Virus record (IMG/VR): IMGVR_UViG_3300044533_000356
Span: 1 to 61,942 of that record
DNA from: a virus
Lineage: Duplodnaviria; Caudoviricetes
DNA: 61,942 bases
Direction: 5' to 3' (one strand)
In this document: positions 45,031 to 53,535 of the stretch, piece after piece
Numbering within the stretch: the stretch's first letter is position 1
Layout: the number at the start of each line of letters is the position of its first letter
Made by a program: the position numbers and the translations under genes
The notes under the pieces: generated by a model
What the model saw: only the letters and a program-made list of their open reading frames with translations
Told to the model about the DNA's origin: nothing
The model's database searches: none

Positions 45031-45276
45031 ATGGAAATGATGCTTTGGAACGCAGCCCTGAGTGCAATTGTTGCAGTCATGGGCTTCTTGCTTAAAGGCA
45101 AGTTTGATGAATTGGATCGGCTTAGCATTTTGCTGAACAAGACCCGAGAGGAAGTTGCTCGTGACCACATTACTCGTTCAGAGTTCCGTGCGGACATGCA
45201 GCAGTTGCTAGACCGGTTTGACAGGCTTGAGCGCAAGATTGACAACCTGCGAGGCAACAATGCCCAGTACGAGTAA
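45031..45276 (+). CDS. Membrane-anchored coiled-coil protein
   Basis: N-terminal TM, LLNKTREEVARDHIT...FDRLERKIDNL. Confidence 0.65.
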   Translation: MEMMLWNAALSAIVAVMGFLLKGKFDELDRLSILLNKTREEVARDHITRSEFRADMQQLLDRFDRLERKIDNLRGNNAQYE

Positions 45277-45607
45277 AAAGCAAGCGGACTTCATGGCGGC
45301 GGTGGCTAACAACCCATCGTTTGCCAAGAAGGTAGGCGTCCCACAATCCGTGGGTAAAGATTTTTCAACGGCGGATAAAAACCGCAAATTTAAAGAAGGT
45401 GGTGACACTATGGCTTCTAAAATGAACCCCGGCTTCATGGCAATGATGGCCAAGAAAAAAGGCGCTCCTGCCAAGAAAATGGCTATGGGCGGCATGACCA
45501 AAATGGGCTCGGTCAAGACCGCTGCTCCAAGCAAAGATGGTATCGCCGTCAAGGGCAAAACCAAGGGCAAGATGGTCACGATGAAGTCCGGCGGTCGGAC
45601 TTGCTAA
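45260..45607 (+). CDS. Small basic Lys/Met-rich protein
   Basis: MPSTSKKQADFMAAVANNP; FKEGG, MAMGG and MKSGG motifs. Confidence 0.7.
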   Translation: MPSTSKKQADFMAAVANNPSFAKKVGVPQSVGKDFSTADKNRKFKEGGDTMASKMNPGFMAMMAKKKGAPAKKMAMGGMTKMGSVKTAAPSKDGIAVKGKTKGKMVTMKSGGRTC

Positions 45608-45610
45608 GCC

Positions 45611-45886
45611 ATGATGGCCAGTCGCGGCATGGGGGATATCGCCCCCTCTAAGATGCCCAAAGGTGTGCGTAAAGCCCGCCGGGATGACACCGACTTCACG
45701 CAGTACGCTGAGGGCGGCAAGGTCAATGCGGCTGGCAATTACACCAAGCCAAGTTTGCGCAAGCGGATCGTGAGCCAAGTCAAGGCTGCTGCAACGCAGG
45801 GCACCGGAGCAGGGCAATGGTCGGCCCGCAAGGCCCAGCTCGTGGCCAAGAAATACAAGGCCGCTGGCGGCGGGTACAGGGACTGA
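45611..45886 (+). CDS. Small basic protein (DUF5872-like N-half)
   Basis: YAEGG; NYTKPSLRK...GQWSARKAQL..KKYKAAGGGY. Confidence 0.7.
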   Translation: MMASRGMGDIAPSKMPKGVRKARRDDTDFTQYAEGGKVNAAGNYTKPSLRKRIVSQVKAAATQGTGAGQWSARKAQLVAKKYKAAGGGYRD

Positions 45887-45887
45887 T

Positions 45888-46121
45888 GTGAAGGCCCCGC
45901 AAAAGTCCCTCAAAGACTGGGGCGACCAGAAGTGGCGCACCAAGAGCGGGAAGCCGTCTTCAAAAACAGGTGAGCGTTACCTGCCGGAGAAGGCGATAAA
46001 ATCGCTCAGCCCCGCAGAGTATGCGGCCACCACAAAAGCCAAGCGTGCTGGTAAAGCGGCGGGCAAACAGTTCGTAGCTCAGCCCAAGACCATCGCAAAG
46101 AAAACAGCAGGTTTTAGATAA
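45888..46121 (+). CDS. Small basic protein (DUF5872-like C-half)
   Basis: QKSLKDWGDQKWRTKSG...ERYLP...GKQFVAQP. Confidence 0.7.
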   Translation: MKAPQKSLKDWGDQKWRTKSGKPSSKTGERYLPEKAIKSLSPAEYAATTKAKRAGKAAGKQFVAQPKTIAKKTAGFR

Positions 46122-46819
46122 TGGCAACATCCGGCGTCGCTAATTTCAACCTCGACTTGACGGAAATCGTCGAGGAGGCGTTCGAGCGCGTGGGCTCGGA
46201 GATGCGGACCGGCTACGACCTGCGCACTGCCCGTCGGTCGATGAACTTGATGTTTGCCGATTGGGCCAACCGTGGGCTGAACATGTTCACCTACGAGCAG
46301 GGCTCGATTGCGTTGGTGCCGGGTACGGCTACCTACAACTTACCCGAAGACACCGTGGACCTGCTTGAGCACGTCATCCGAACGGGCGCGGGGAGCGCAT
46401 CGACACAAGCGGACCTGACCATCACGCGTATCAGCGTTTCTACCTACGCCACAATCCCAAACAAACTGCAGCAAGCCCGGCCAATCCAAGTGTGGATTGA
46501 GCGTTTGAACACACCACGCATCACCGTTTGGCCTGTGCCAGACAACACCCAGACCTACACGTTTGTGTACTGGCGCTTGCGCCGCATCCAGAATGCGGGT
46601 GATGGGGTTAACACAATGGACATGCCGTTTAGGTTCCTTCCCTGCATGGTGGCCGGTTTGGCCTACTACTTGGCCCTGAAAGTGCCCGGCGGAGCTGAGC
46701 GTTTGGGTGTCTTGAAAGAACAATACGACGAAGCATGGCAACTGGCCTCGGAAGAGGACCGCGAAAAAGCGGCTATCCGGTTTGTTCCCCGTCGCCAGTA
46801 TCTGGGGAGCGGCACATAA
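46121..46819 (+). CDS. Putative head-tail adaptor/tail tubular protein
   Basis: ARRSMNLMFADWANRG; MPFRFLPCMVAGLAYYLA. Confidence 0.65.
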   Translation: MATSGVANFNLDLTEIVEEAFERVGSEMRTGYDLRTARRSMNLMFADWANRGLNMFTYEQGSIALVPGTATYNLPEDTVDLLEHVIRTGAGSASTQADLTITRISVSTYATIPNKLQQARPIQVWIERLNTPRITVWPVPDNTQTYTFVYWRLRRIQNAGDGVNTMDMPFRFLPCMVAGLAYYLALKVPGGAERLGVLKEQYDEAWQLASEEDREKAAIRFVPRRQYLGSGT

Positions 46820-47209
46820 ATGGGCAATCGGTTCGCCAGTGCCAAGAACTCGATCGCCCAGTGCGATCGTTGTGGTTTCCGCTTCAAGCTCACAGAGCTG
46901 CGCAAGGAAATCATCAAGACCAAACAGGTTAATATTCTTGTATGTGATTCCTGTTTTGACCCCGATCAGCCGCAGCTTCAATTGGGCATGTACCCTGTGG
47001 ACGATCCACAAGCGGTGCGCAACCCCCGCAGGGATACGACATACGTGACGGCAGGCCCCAACGTGGCAGGCTTTCCAACAGGCGGCAGCCGGGACATTCA
47101 GTGGGGCTGGGCCCCGGTTGGGGGCTCCCGATTCTTCGATGATGCGTTGACGCCAAACACTTTGGTATTGACGGCTGCAGTCGGTCAAGTGACAATCTCA
47201 ACATCTTAA
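46820..47209 (+). CDS. Zinc-binding conserved virion-module protein
   Basis: CDRCGF...VCDSCFDPDQPQ...DPQAVRNPR. Confidence 0.7.
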   Translation: MGNRFASAKNSIAQCDRCGFRFKLTELRKEIIKTKQVNILVCDSCFDPDQPQLQLGMYPVDDPQAVRNPRRDTTYVTAGPNVAGFPTGGSRDIQWGWAPVGGSRFFDDALTPNTLVLTAAVGQVTISTS

Positions 47210-47219
47210 GGAGTTCATC

Positions 47220-47384
47220 ATGGACGCAAAGAAAGCAGTGCGCAAGCACGAAGCAAATATGCACCCCGGTGCAAAGCCCACCAAGCTGCGTGCTGGCGGC
47301 AAGACCAACAGCGACATGCTGAAAATGGGGCGTGGTTTGGCCAAGATTGCCAACCAAAAATCTCCCGGCCGCAAAGGAGCCTGA
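47220..47384 (+). CDS. Small basic protein (54 aa)
   Basis: MDAKKAVRKHEANMHPG..TKLRAGG...GRGLAK; AAGGAG RBS; below ORF-track cut-off. Confidence 0.65.
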   Translation: MDAKKAVRKHEANMHPGAKPTKLRAGGKTNSDMLKMGRGLAKIANQKSPGRKGA

Positions 47385-47385
47385 T

Positions 47386-47589
47386 ATGGCAACGTACCGC
47401 TCCCCCAAGCCTGCTGCCACGCAGGCCGTTTTGCCCGACACGGACAACAAGAAGTACATGAAAGACATGAATGTCTCCGTGGGCACCAACCACAGCAACG
47501 CCTACAAGCCGACCAAAACCTCGGGCATCAAAATTCGTGGCACTGGCTGCGCCACGAAGGGCGTCATGGCCCGTGGCCCAATGGCGTGA
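47386..47589 (+). CDS. Small basic protein
   Basis: C-terminal IKIRGTGCATKG..ARGPMA; AAGGAG RBS. Confidence 0.65.
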   Translation: MATYRSPKPAATQAVLPDTDNKKYMKDMNVSVGTNHSNAYKPTKTSGIKIRGTGCATKGVMARGPMA

Positions 47590-47597
47590 GGTAAGGC

Positions 47598-48278
47598 ATG
47601 ACCTACACCGAGTTGCAAGCTGCTATCTGCGATTACACGCAGAACTTTGATCAGGACTTTGTCTCAAACATCCCGGTGTTTGTGCAACAGGCTGAGCAGC
47701 GTATTTTCAACACGGTGCAGTTCCCGTCTATTCGCAAAAACGTGATGGGCGTGACCTCGACCAACAACAAGTACCTGTCGTGCCCTGACGACTTCTTGGC
47801 GGTGTACTCACTGGCGGTGGTTGACGCCCTTGGCAACTACGAGTTCTTGCTTAACAAGGATGTGAACTTCATTCGGCAAGCGTACCCAAACCCTACCTCG
47901 ACCGCGATTCCCAAGTACTACGCATTGTTTGGCCCAACGACAACAAATGCGGCTCCCCCGGTAATCACGGACGAGCTGACGTTTATCCTTGGCCCAACGC
48001 CAAACGCGGTGTACAACGTCGAGCTGCACTATTATTACTACCCCGAGTCGCTTTCAGTCGCGGCCGATGGCCGCACTTGGCTGGGTGACAACTTTGATAC
48101 TGTGCTGCTGTACGGCTCTTTGGTCGAAGCGATCACGTTCATGAAGGGTGAGGCCGATATGGTTGCTCTGTACGACGGCAAGTACAAAGAAGCACTGGGC
48201 ATGGCCAAGCGTCTGGGCGATGGTATGGAGCGTCAGGACGCGTACCGTTCTGGCCAATACCGACAGGCGGTGACTTGA
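47598..48278 (+). CDS. Putative head-tail adaptor protein
   Basis: MTYTELQAAI...AEQRI...PTP...ELHY...LLYGSLVEA pattern. Confidence 0.7.
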   Translation: MTYTELQAAICDYTQNFDQDFVSNIPVFVQQAEQRIFNTVQFPSIRKNVMGVTSTNNKYLSCPDDFLAVYSLAVVDALGNYEFLLNKDVNFIRQAYPNPTSTAIPKYYALFGPTTTNAAPPVITDELTFILGPTPNAVYNVELHYYYYPESLSVAADGRTWLGDNFDTVLLYGSLVEAITFMKGEADMVALYDGKYKEALGMAKRLGDGMERQDAYRSGQYRQAVT

Positions 48279-48279
48279 T

Positions 48280-48687
48280 ATGGCGTTTGACCAAACACTC
48301 ACCACGCAGGCCAAGCTGGTTGCGTTGCAGGCACTGGCTACAGGCACGCTCAAGATGGCTTTGTACACAGCCAATGCGGACCTCGGCGCTGGCACGCTGG
48401 TGTACACCACAACCAGTGAGGTTGTCGGTACGGGGTACACCGCTGGGGGCAATGTGCTTACCGGTGTGACGGTGCTGGTCTCGGGCACAACCGCGTACCT
48501 TGATTTTGCTGATGTGGTCTGGAACCCCGCCAACTTCACTGCTCGCGGCGCACTTATCTACAATACGAGCCTTAGCAACCTTGCTGTGGCTGTGTTGGAT
48601 TTTGGGTCAGACAAAACGGCCACTACAACTTTCACTGTGCAGACACCGGTTAACACGGCTGATGCCGCGCTTATCCGTTTTTCATAA
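48280..48687 (+). CDS. Virion structural protein
   Basis: KMALYT...GTGYTAGG...ARGALIYN...VLDFGSDKT. Confidence 0.7.
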   Translation: MAFDQTLTTQAKLVALQALATGTLKMALYTANADLGAGTLVYTTTSEVVGTGYTAGGNVLTGVTVLVSGTTAYLDFADVVWNPANFTARGALIYNTSLSNLAVAVLDFGSDKTATTTFTVQTPVNTADAALIRFS

Positions 48688-48696
48688 GGAGCAAGC

Positions 48697-49302
48697 ATGC
48701 AACGCGAACTGTCAAACTTTGGCGATAACGCCCAAATCACCCTGCAGACCCACGCTTCCGGCTCCGAGTCCGTTGGCATTGAAGGTTGCTACCATGTGGT
48801 GTGCCGCGATGCTGAGGGCAACATTAAATGGGAAGATTCGTTCCCTAACTTGGTCAACGCCGTAGGCAAGCAGTTGATGTTGGACACGTTGCTGTCTGGC
48901 TCTTCGTACACTACTGTGGGCCCATTCCTTGGTTTGATTTCCGGGGCCAGCCCGACCTTTGCTGCAGCGGACACCATGGTCACTCACGCGGGCTGGACTG
49001 AGTTTGTCAACTACACCGTTGGCGGCTCTGCTGTGCGAGGCACGGCATCGTTTGGCTCCGCGACATCTTCGGGCACTACCCCAACTAACGTGACCACAAA
49101 GACGGCAACAGCCATTACCTACACCATCACAGGTGCTGGCGGAACAGTTGGCGGTTGCTTCTTGGTAACTGGTGCTGGCGCGGTCAGCACGCAAAGCAAC
49201 ACTTCGGGCACGTTGTACAGTGCGGGAGCGTTTGCAACAGCCAAGGTCACTACCGCAGGCGACACCGTAAGCGTCACTTACAGCACAACCGCAACCTCTT
49301 AA
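48697..49302 (+). CDS. Virion structural protein
   Basis: KWEDSFPNLVNAVG...GTLYSAGAF; Thr/Gly-rich. Confidence 0.65.
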   Translation: MQRELSNFGDNAQITLQTHASGSESVGIEGCYHVVCRDAEGNIKWEDSFPNLVNAVGKQLMLDTLLSGSSYTTVGPFLGLISGASPTFAAADTMVTHAGWTEFVNYTVGGSAVRGTASFGSATSSGTTPTNVTTKTATAITYTITGAGGTVGGCFLVTGAGAVSTQSNTSGTLYSAGAFATAKVTTAGDTVSVTYSTTATS

Positions 49303-49315
49303 AAGGGAGGCTTGA

Positions 49316-52282
49316 ATGCCTTTAGTCCTCTTAAACCGCGTCCAAGAAACGGCCACGGCAAATACCACTGTAAGTTTTACTCTTACGGGTGCGGTGACGG
49401 GGTTTCAGACTTTTGCCGCCATTGGAAATACCAACACTACCTACTACGCAGCTACCGACAACGGAGGCGGTTGGGAGGTCGGTCTTGGTACATACTCAAC
49501 TACCGGGCCAACACTAACCCGAACTACAGTCTACGCATCTAGCAATGCGGGCAGCGCGGTTACTTTTGCGGGAACGGTCAACGTATTCTTGACCTACCCC
49601 GCTGATCGCTCCGTTAACTTAGATGCAAGCGGCAACGCCTCTGCGCTGGGAACGCCCGTCAGCGCCACTTTGACCAACGCTACAGGCTTGCCAGTATCTA
49701 CAGGCATCTCAGGCTTGGGCTCTGGTGTTGCCACCTTCTTAGCCACTCCAAGCTCTGCCAACCTTGCGGCTGCGGTAACAGACGAAACAGGGACAGGCGC
49801 TTTGGTGTTTGCAACCAGCCCCACTTTGGTTACTCCTGCTCTTGGCACACCCTCAAGCGGCACAGTGACAAACCTGACAGGCACAGCCTCCATCAACATC
49901 AACGGAACTGTAGGCGCTACAACAGCCACCACAGGCGCATTCACTACGCTGACCACCTCAAGTGATGTCACCCTCTCAGGCGGCACAGCCAACGGTGTCA
50001 CCTACCTCAACGGCTCCAAAGTCCTTACCTCTGGTAGTGCGCTGACGTTTGATGGGACGAATTTGGGGGTTGGCGGTGCAGCTTCGCAACGTCTACACGT
50101 TCAAAATGCTGGCGCTCTGATTGGTCTTTTGCAAAATACAGCCTCAAATGCTGATGCTCGTTATCGAATCCAAAACACTAGCGGGTCTTCTGATTGGGGT
50201 GTTGACGGAACAGGCACTTATTTTCAAGACAACAACAGCCGACCGTTTCTGTGGTTTACCGCTGGCTTTGAACAAATGCGCCTGACCAGCAGCTTGCTGT
50301 CTGTCGTACCCGGCGCAACCATCCAAGGACTTACCGTGGGCCTTGGTGCAGGTGCTGTGGCTACCAACACTGCGGTGGGCGCGAGTGCTTTAGCGGCTAA
50401 TACGAGTGGTTATCAAAACGCCGCTTTTGGTTATGTGGCGTTGCAAGCGAACACAACAGGATATAACAATGCCGCTTTTGGTGAGGAGGCTTTAGCCGCA
50501 AACACAACTGGCGCACTCAACACAGGTATTGGTCAAGAAGCACTGAGGCTCAACACTACTGGCGGCAATAACGTAGCAGTTGGTGAGGCTGCTTTGCGCT
50601 CCAACACCACAGCATCAGAAAACACCGCTGTAGGTTATCAAGCAGGATACAACAATACAGGCGGTGAAAATACATTTGTTGGGCATCAATCAGGCTTAAA
50701 CAACACAACTGCTACTAGAAATTTAATGGTTGGTCGCCGTGCGGGTTACACAAACTCTACTGGTGAATCTAATTCTTTCCTTGGATGGGCATCTGGTTTT
50801 TCAACAACAACAGGTTCATACAATGTAGCGTTAGGCACATCTTCATTATTTTCTAACACCACCGCCTCCAACAACACTGCTGTGGGTTATCAGGCGGGGT
50901 ACAGCAATACGACTGGCAACGTAAACGTATTTGTCGGTGGTCTTGCGGGGTATGGAACAACCACTGGTGTTGCAAATACAATGCTTGGGTATCGTGCAGG
51001 ATACACAAACAGCACAGGTCAGATTACAGCGTTGGGCTATGCCGCCCTTGAAAACAGTACAACTGCCTCAAGCAACACTGGCGTAGGTGTAGCGGCATTA
51101 CGTCAGAATACTTCAGGTAGTGGCAACACAGCGGTTGGGGATAGTTCCCTTCAATCTAACACCACCGCCTCCAACAACACTGCTGTTGGTTATCAGGCGG
51201 GTTATAGCAATGCTGGCGGTTTTTATCAAACCTTTGTCGGGACTCAGGCAGGTTATTCAACTACTACTGGCGACAATTCTGCTTTTGGTTATAGAGCGTT
51301 ATATGCCAACACATCTGGTACTTTAAACTCAGCTATTGGCGAATTGTCACTTACAGCAAACACAACAGGCTCGAGCAACACTGCCGTGGGAGTGCAGGCA
51401 CTTGCGGCAAACACCACCGCCCCCAACAACACTGCTGTTGGTTATCAGGCTGGTTATAGCAATACCACAGGCTCGGGTCGCAACGCTCTTTTAGGATACC
51501 AAGCTGGGTATACAAATACAACTGGTTCCTACAACACATTTGTTGGTTTTCAAGCTGGATACACATCAAATACAGGCAATGACATAGGCAATACTTGTAT
51601 TGGTTCATCTGCTGGTTACAATTTAACAACAGGAAATTTAAACATATTTATTGGTGCGGCTAATGGTTCTGGTTATTTAATGACCACAGGTTCTAAGAAC
51701 ACAATTGTTGGTTCTTACTCAGGCAACCAAAACAGCGTAGACATTCGCACATTAAGCAACTACATCGTGCTGTCTGATGGCGATGGCTATCCTGCTTTCT
51801 GGGGTCAGGGCGGTTCCGGCGGATACATGAGACTTGAGGCGGGCCGTTTGGAGTTCCCCGCAACTCAGAACGCATCGTCCAACGCCAACACGCTGGATGA
51901 CTATGAGGAAGGGACTTTTACTCCCGCTGTTACTTATTCAGGAACAAATACTCCAACATATTTAACTCAATCAGCAAGATATACAAAGATTGGTCGAATT
52001 GTAACAGTACAAATTTATTTGTCTTGGAATGAAAACGGCTCTACTGGAAATGTAACTTTTACTGGTTTGCCTTTTACAAGTGTTAACTCAACTGTACGAG
52101 CAGTAACTTCAATTTTTTCATTTGGTTTACTAGTAGTTACAAGCTCTATAACAGGCTTTGTTAATCTTAACGCTACTTCAATAGATCCATTTATTAATGA
52201 CAATGCAGGCTCAGCGGTTACAGCGACAAATACAGATTCTGACCAAGATGTTTACATTACTGTTACCTATGAAGCTGCTTAA
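49316..52282 (+). CDS. Tail fibre 1 with NTAVGYQA-type (YadA-head-like) beta-roll repeats
   Basis: Many 14-aa NTTGxxNTAVGxxA repeats; C-terminal LDDYEEGTFTP...YTKIGR domain. Confidence 0.8.
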   Translation: MPLVLLNRVQETATANTTVSFTLTGAVTGFQTFAAIGNTNTTYYAATDNGGGWEVGLGTYSTTGPTLTRTTVYASSNAGSAVTFAGTVNVFLTYPADRSVNLDASGNASALGTPVSATLTNATGLPVSTGISGLGSGVATFLATPSSANLAAAVTDETGTGALVFATSPTLVTPALGTPSSGTVTNLTGTASININGTVGATTATTGAFTTLTTSSDVTLSGGTANGVTYLNGSKVLTSGSALTFDGTNLGVGGAASQRLHVQNAGALIGLLQNTASNADARYRIQNTSGSSDWGVDGTGTYFQDNNSRPFLWFTAGFEQMRLTSSLLSVVPGATIQGLTVGLGAGAVATNTAVGASALAANTSGYQNAAFGYVALQANTTGYNNAAFGEEALAANTTGALNTGIGQEALRLNTTGGNNVAVGEAALRSNTTASENTAVGYQAGYNNTGGENTFVGHQSGLNNTTATRNLMVGRRAGYTNSTGESNSFLGWASGFSTTTGSYNVALGTSSLFSNTTASNNTAVGYQAGYSNTTGNVNVFVGGLAGYGTTTGVANTMLGYRAGYTNSTGQITALGYAALENSTTASSNTGVGVAALRQNTSGSGNTAVGDSSLQSNTTASNNTAVGYQAGYSNAGGFYQTFVGTQAGYSTTTGDNSAFGYRALYANTSGTLNSAIGELSLTANTTGSSNTAVGVQALAANTTAPNNTAVGYQAGYSNTTGSGRNALLGYQAGYTNTTGSYNTFVGFQAGYTSNTGNDIGNTCIGSSAGYNLTTGNLNIFIGAANGSGYLMTTGSKNTIVGSYSGNQNSVDIRTLSNYIVLSDGDGYPAFWGQGGSGGYMRLEAGRLEFPATQNASSNANTLDDYEEGTFTPAVTYSGTNTPTYLTQSARYTKIGRIVTVQIYLSWNENGSTGNVTFTGLPFTSVNSTVRAVTSIFSFGLLVVTSSITGFVNLNATSIDPFINDNAGSAVTATNTDSDQDVYITVTYEAA

Positions 52283-52332
52283 TTAACTACATTAGATTGA
52301 TGTAGTCAGACACTTAACCAAAGGAAGTCAAA

Positions 52333-52584
52333 ATGTCTTTAACCAAAACCACAACTGTTGACCAAATCACAGTATCCGAAAACGGCATCGTTCTCTATCG
52401 TGAAGCAACTCGCATCATGGAAGATGGCAATCAAATCAGCCAAACCTACCATCGTTCAAGTCTCACACCGGGGCAAGACCTGACGGGTGTTCCAGCCAAT
52501 GTCGTTGCAATTTGCAACGTGGCTTGGACACCTGAAGTTATTGCTGCGTATCAGGCAGCGCAAGCGGCACAAACCACCCCTTAA
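52333..52584 (+). CDS. Putative tail-fibre chaperone/accessory protein
   Basis: Follows fibre; YHR...VAICNVAWTPEVIAAY. Confidence 0.6.
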   Translation: MSLTKTTTVDQITVSENGIVLYREATRIMEDGNQISQTYHRSSLTPGQDLTGVPANVVAICNVAWTPEVIAAYQAAQAAQTTP

Positions 52585-52596
52585 GGAGCCTAAACC

Positions 52597-52917
52597 ATGA
52601 CCACCTTCACCACCACCATCAACTCGATGTACACCTTGCAAGCTCCTGATCCAGATTACGTTGTAAACGTACTGTGGACAGTGACCGGGGTAGACGGCGA
52701 CCACACTGCCTCCATTGGCGGCAACACGCAGTTTAGTTCTGCTGACCAAGAGGGTGCTTTCGTGCCTTACGAATCGCTGACTCAGGCTCAAGTGATTGGC
52801 TGGATTCCCGCCAACCAGATCGAGAGCGCACAAGCCTGCGTGCAGGGCCAACTGGAATCACTTGCCAACCCTCCTGTCAGTCCTGAGAACACACCATTGC
52901 CTTGGAGCGCAGCATGA
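52597..52917 (+). CDS. Putative tail-fibre accessory protein
   Basis: FVPYESLTQAQVIGW...PLPW. Confidence 0.6.
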   Translation: MTTFTTTINSMYTLQAPDPDYVVNVLWTVTGVDGDHTASIGGNTQFSSADQEGAFVPYESLTQAQVIGWIPANQIESAQACVQGQLESLANPPVSPENTPLPWSAA

Positions 52918-53078
52918 ACTTGAACCTTGAACCCAATGAAGTGCAATTCATCTTGCAGGTCTTGGGTGAGATGCCAGCCAAGTCAGGTGTGTGGCCCTTG
53001 ATCGTCAAGATTCAAGAACAAGCAGCGCCGCAGGTCAAGATGGCTGAGCAGGCCGATCAACCCCAGTTGACGCAGTAA
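52914..53078 (+). CDS. Small helical tail-associated protein (54 aa)
   Basis: ILQVLGEMPAKSGVWPLIVKIQEQA; ATGA coupling. Confidence 0.6.
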   Translation: MNLNLEPNEVQFILQVLGEMPAKSGVWPLIVKIQEQAAPQVKMAEQADQPQLTQ

Positions 53079-53085
53079 TAAACTC

Positions 53086-53472
53086 ATGTTCGGCCTAACA
53101 AGTTTTTCAGAAGCGCCTTTTGCCTCGCTTGCAAAAGCAAATATCTTTTTGTCGCTTTCTGAAAACTTTGGTGCGGCTGATATTTGCGCCGTTTTAGCCA
53201 CGTTCCAGCTAAGCATAGTGGAGCCAATCACGCTGGATGACTCCAGCACGCAGCAATCAAACTTTTTTGCGCAAGCCACGGAAAACTTCAACAGTGCGGA
53301 CCTTCAAACTGTTGTTGCTGCGTTCCAAGCCGCTATCACAGAAAACGTAGTGTTGGCGGATGGCTTTAGCGTTACGGGCTGGATCAAAATTATCAACGTG
53401 CAGGCTGCGGACTGGGTAAACGTAAATGATGCACAGACCCCATCGTGGACCAACATCAACAATAGTCAGTAG
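53086..53472 (+). CDS. Virion structural protein
   Basis: MFGLTSFSEAPFASL start; C-terminal W-x-x-I repeats. Confidence 0.6.
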   Translation: MFGLTSFSEAPFASLAKANIFLSLSENFGAADICAVLATFQLSIVEPITLDDSSTQQSNFFAQATENFNSADLQTVVAAFQAAITENVVLADGFSVTGWIKIINVQAADWVNVNDAQTPSWTNINNSQ

Positions 53473-53535
53473 CGTCACACTGACGCTACTGTGTACAATG
53501 AAAAACAACCAAACCCTTTTCCATAAGGACTAACC

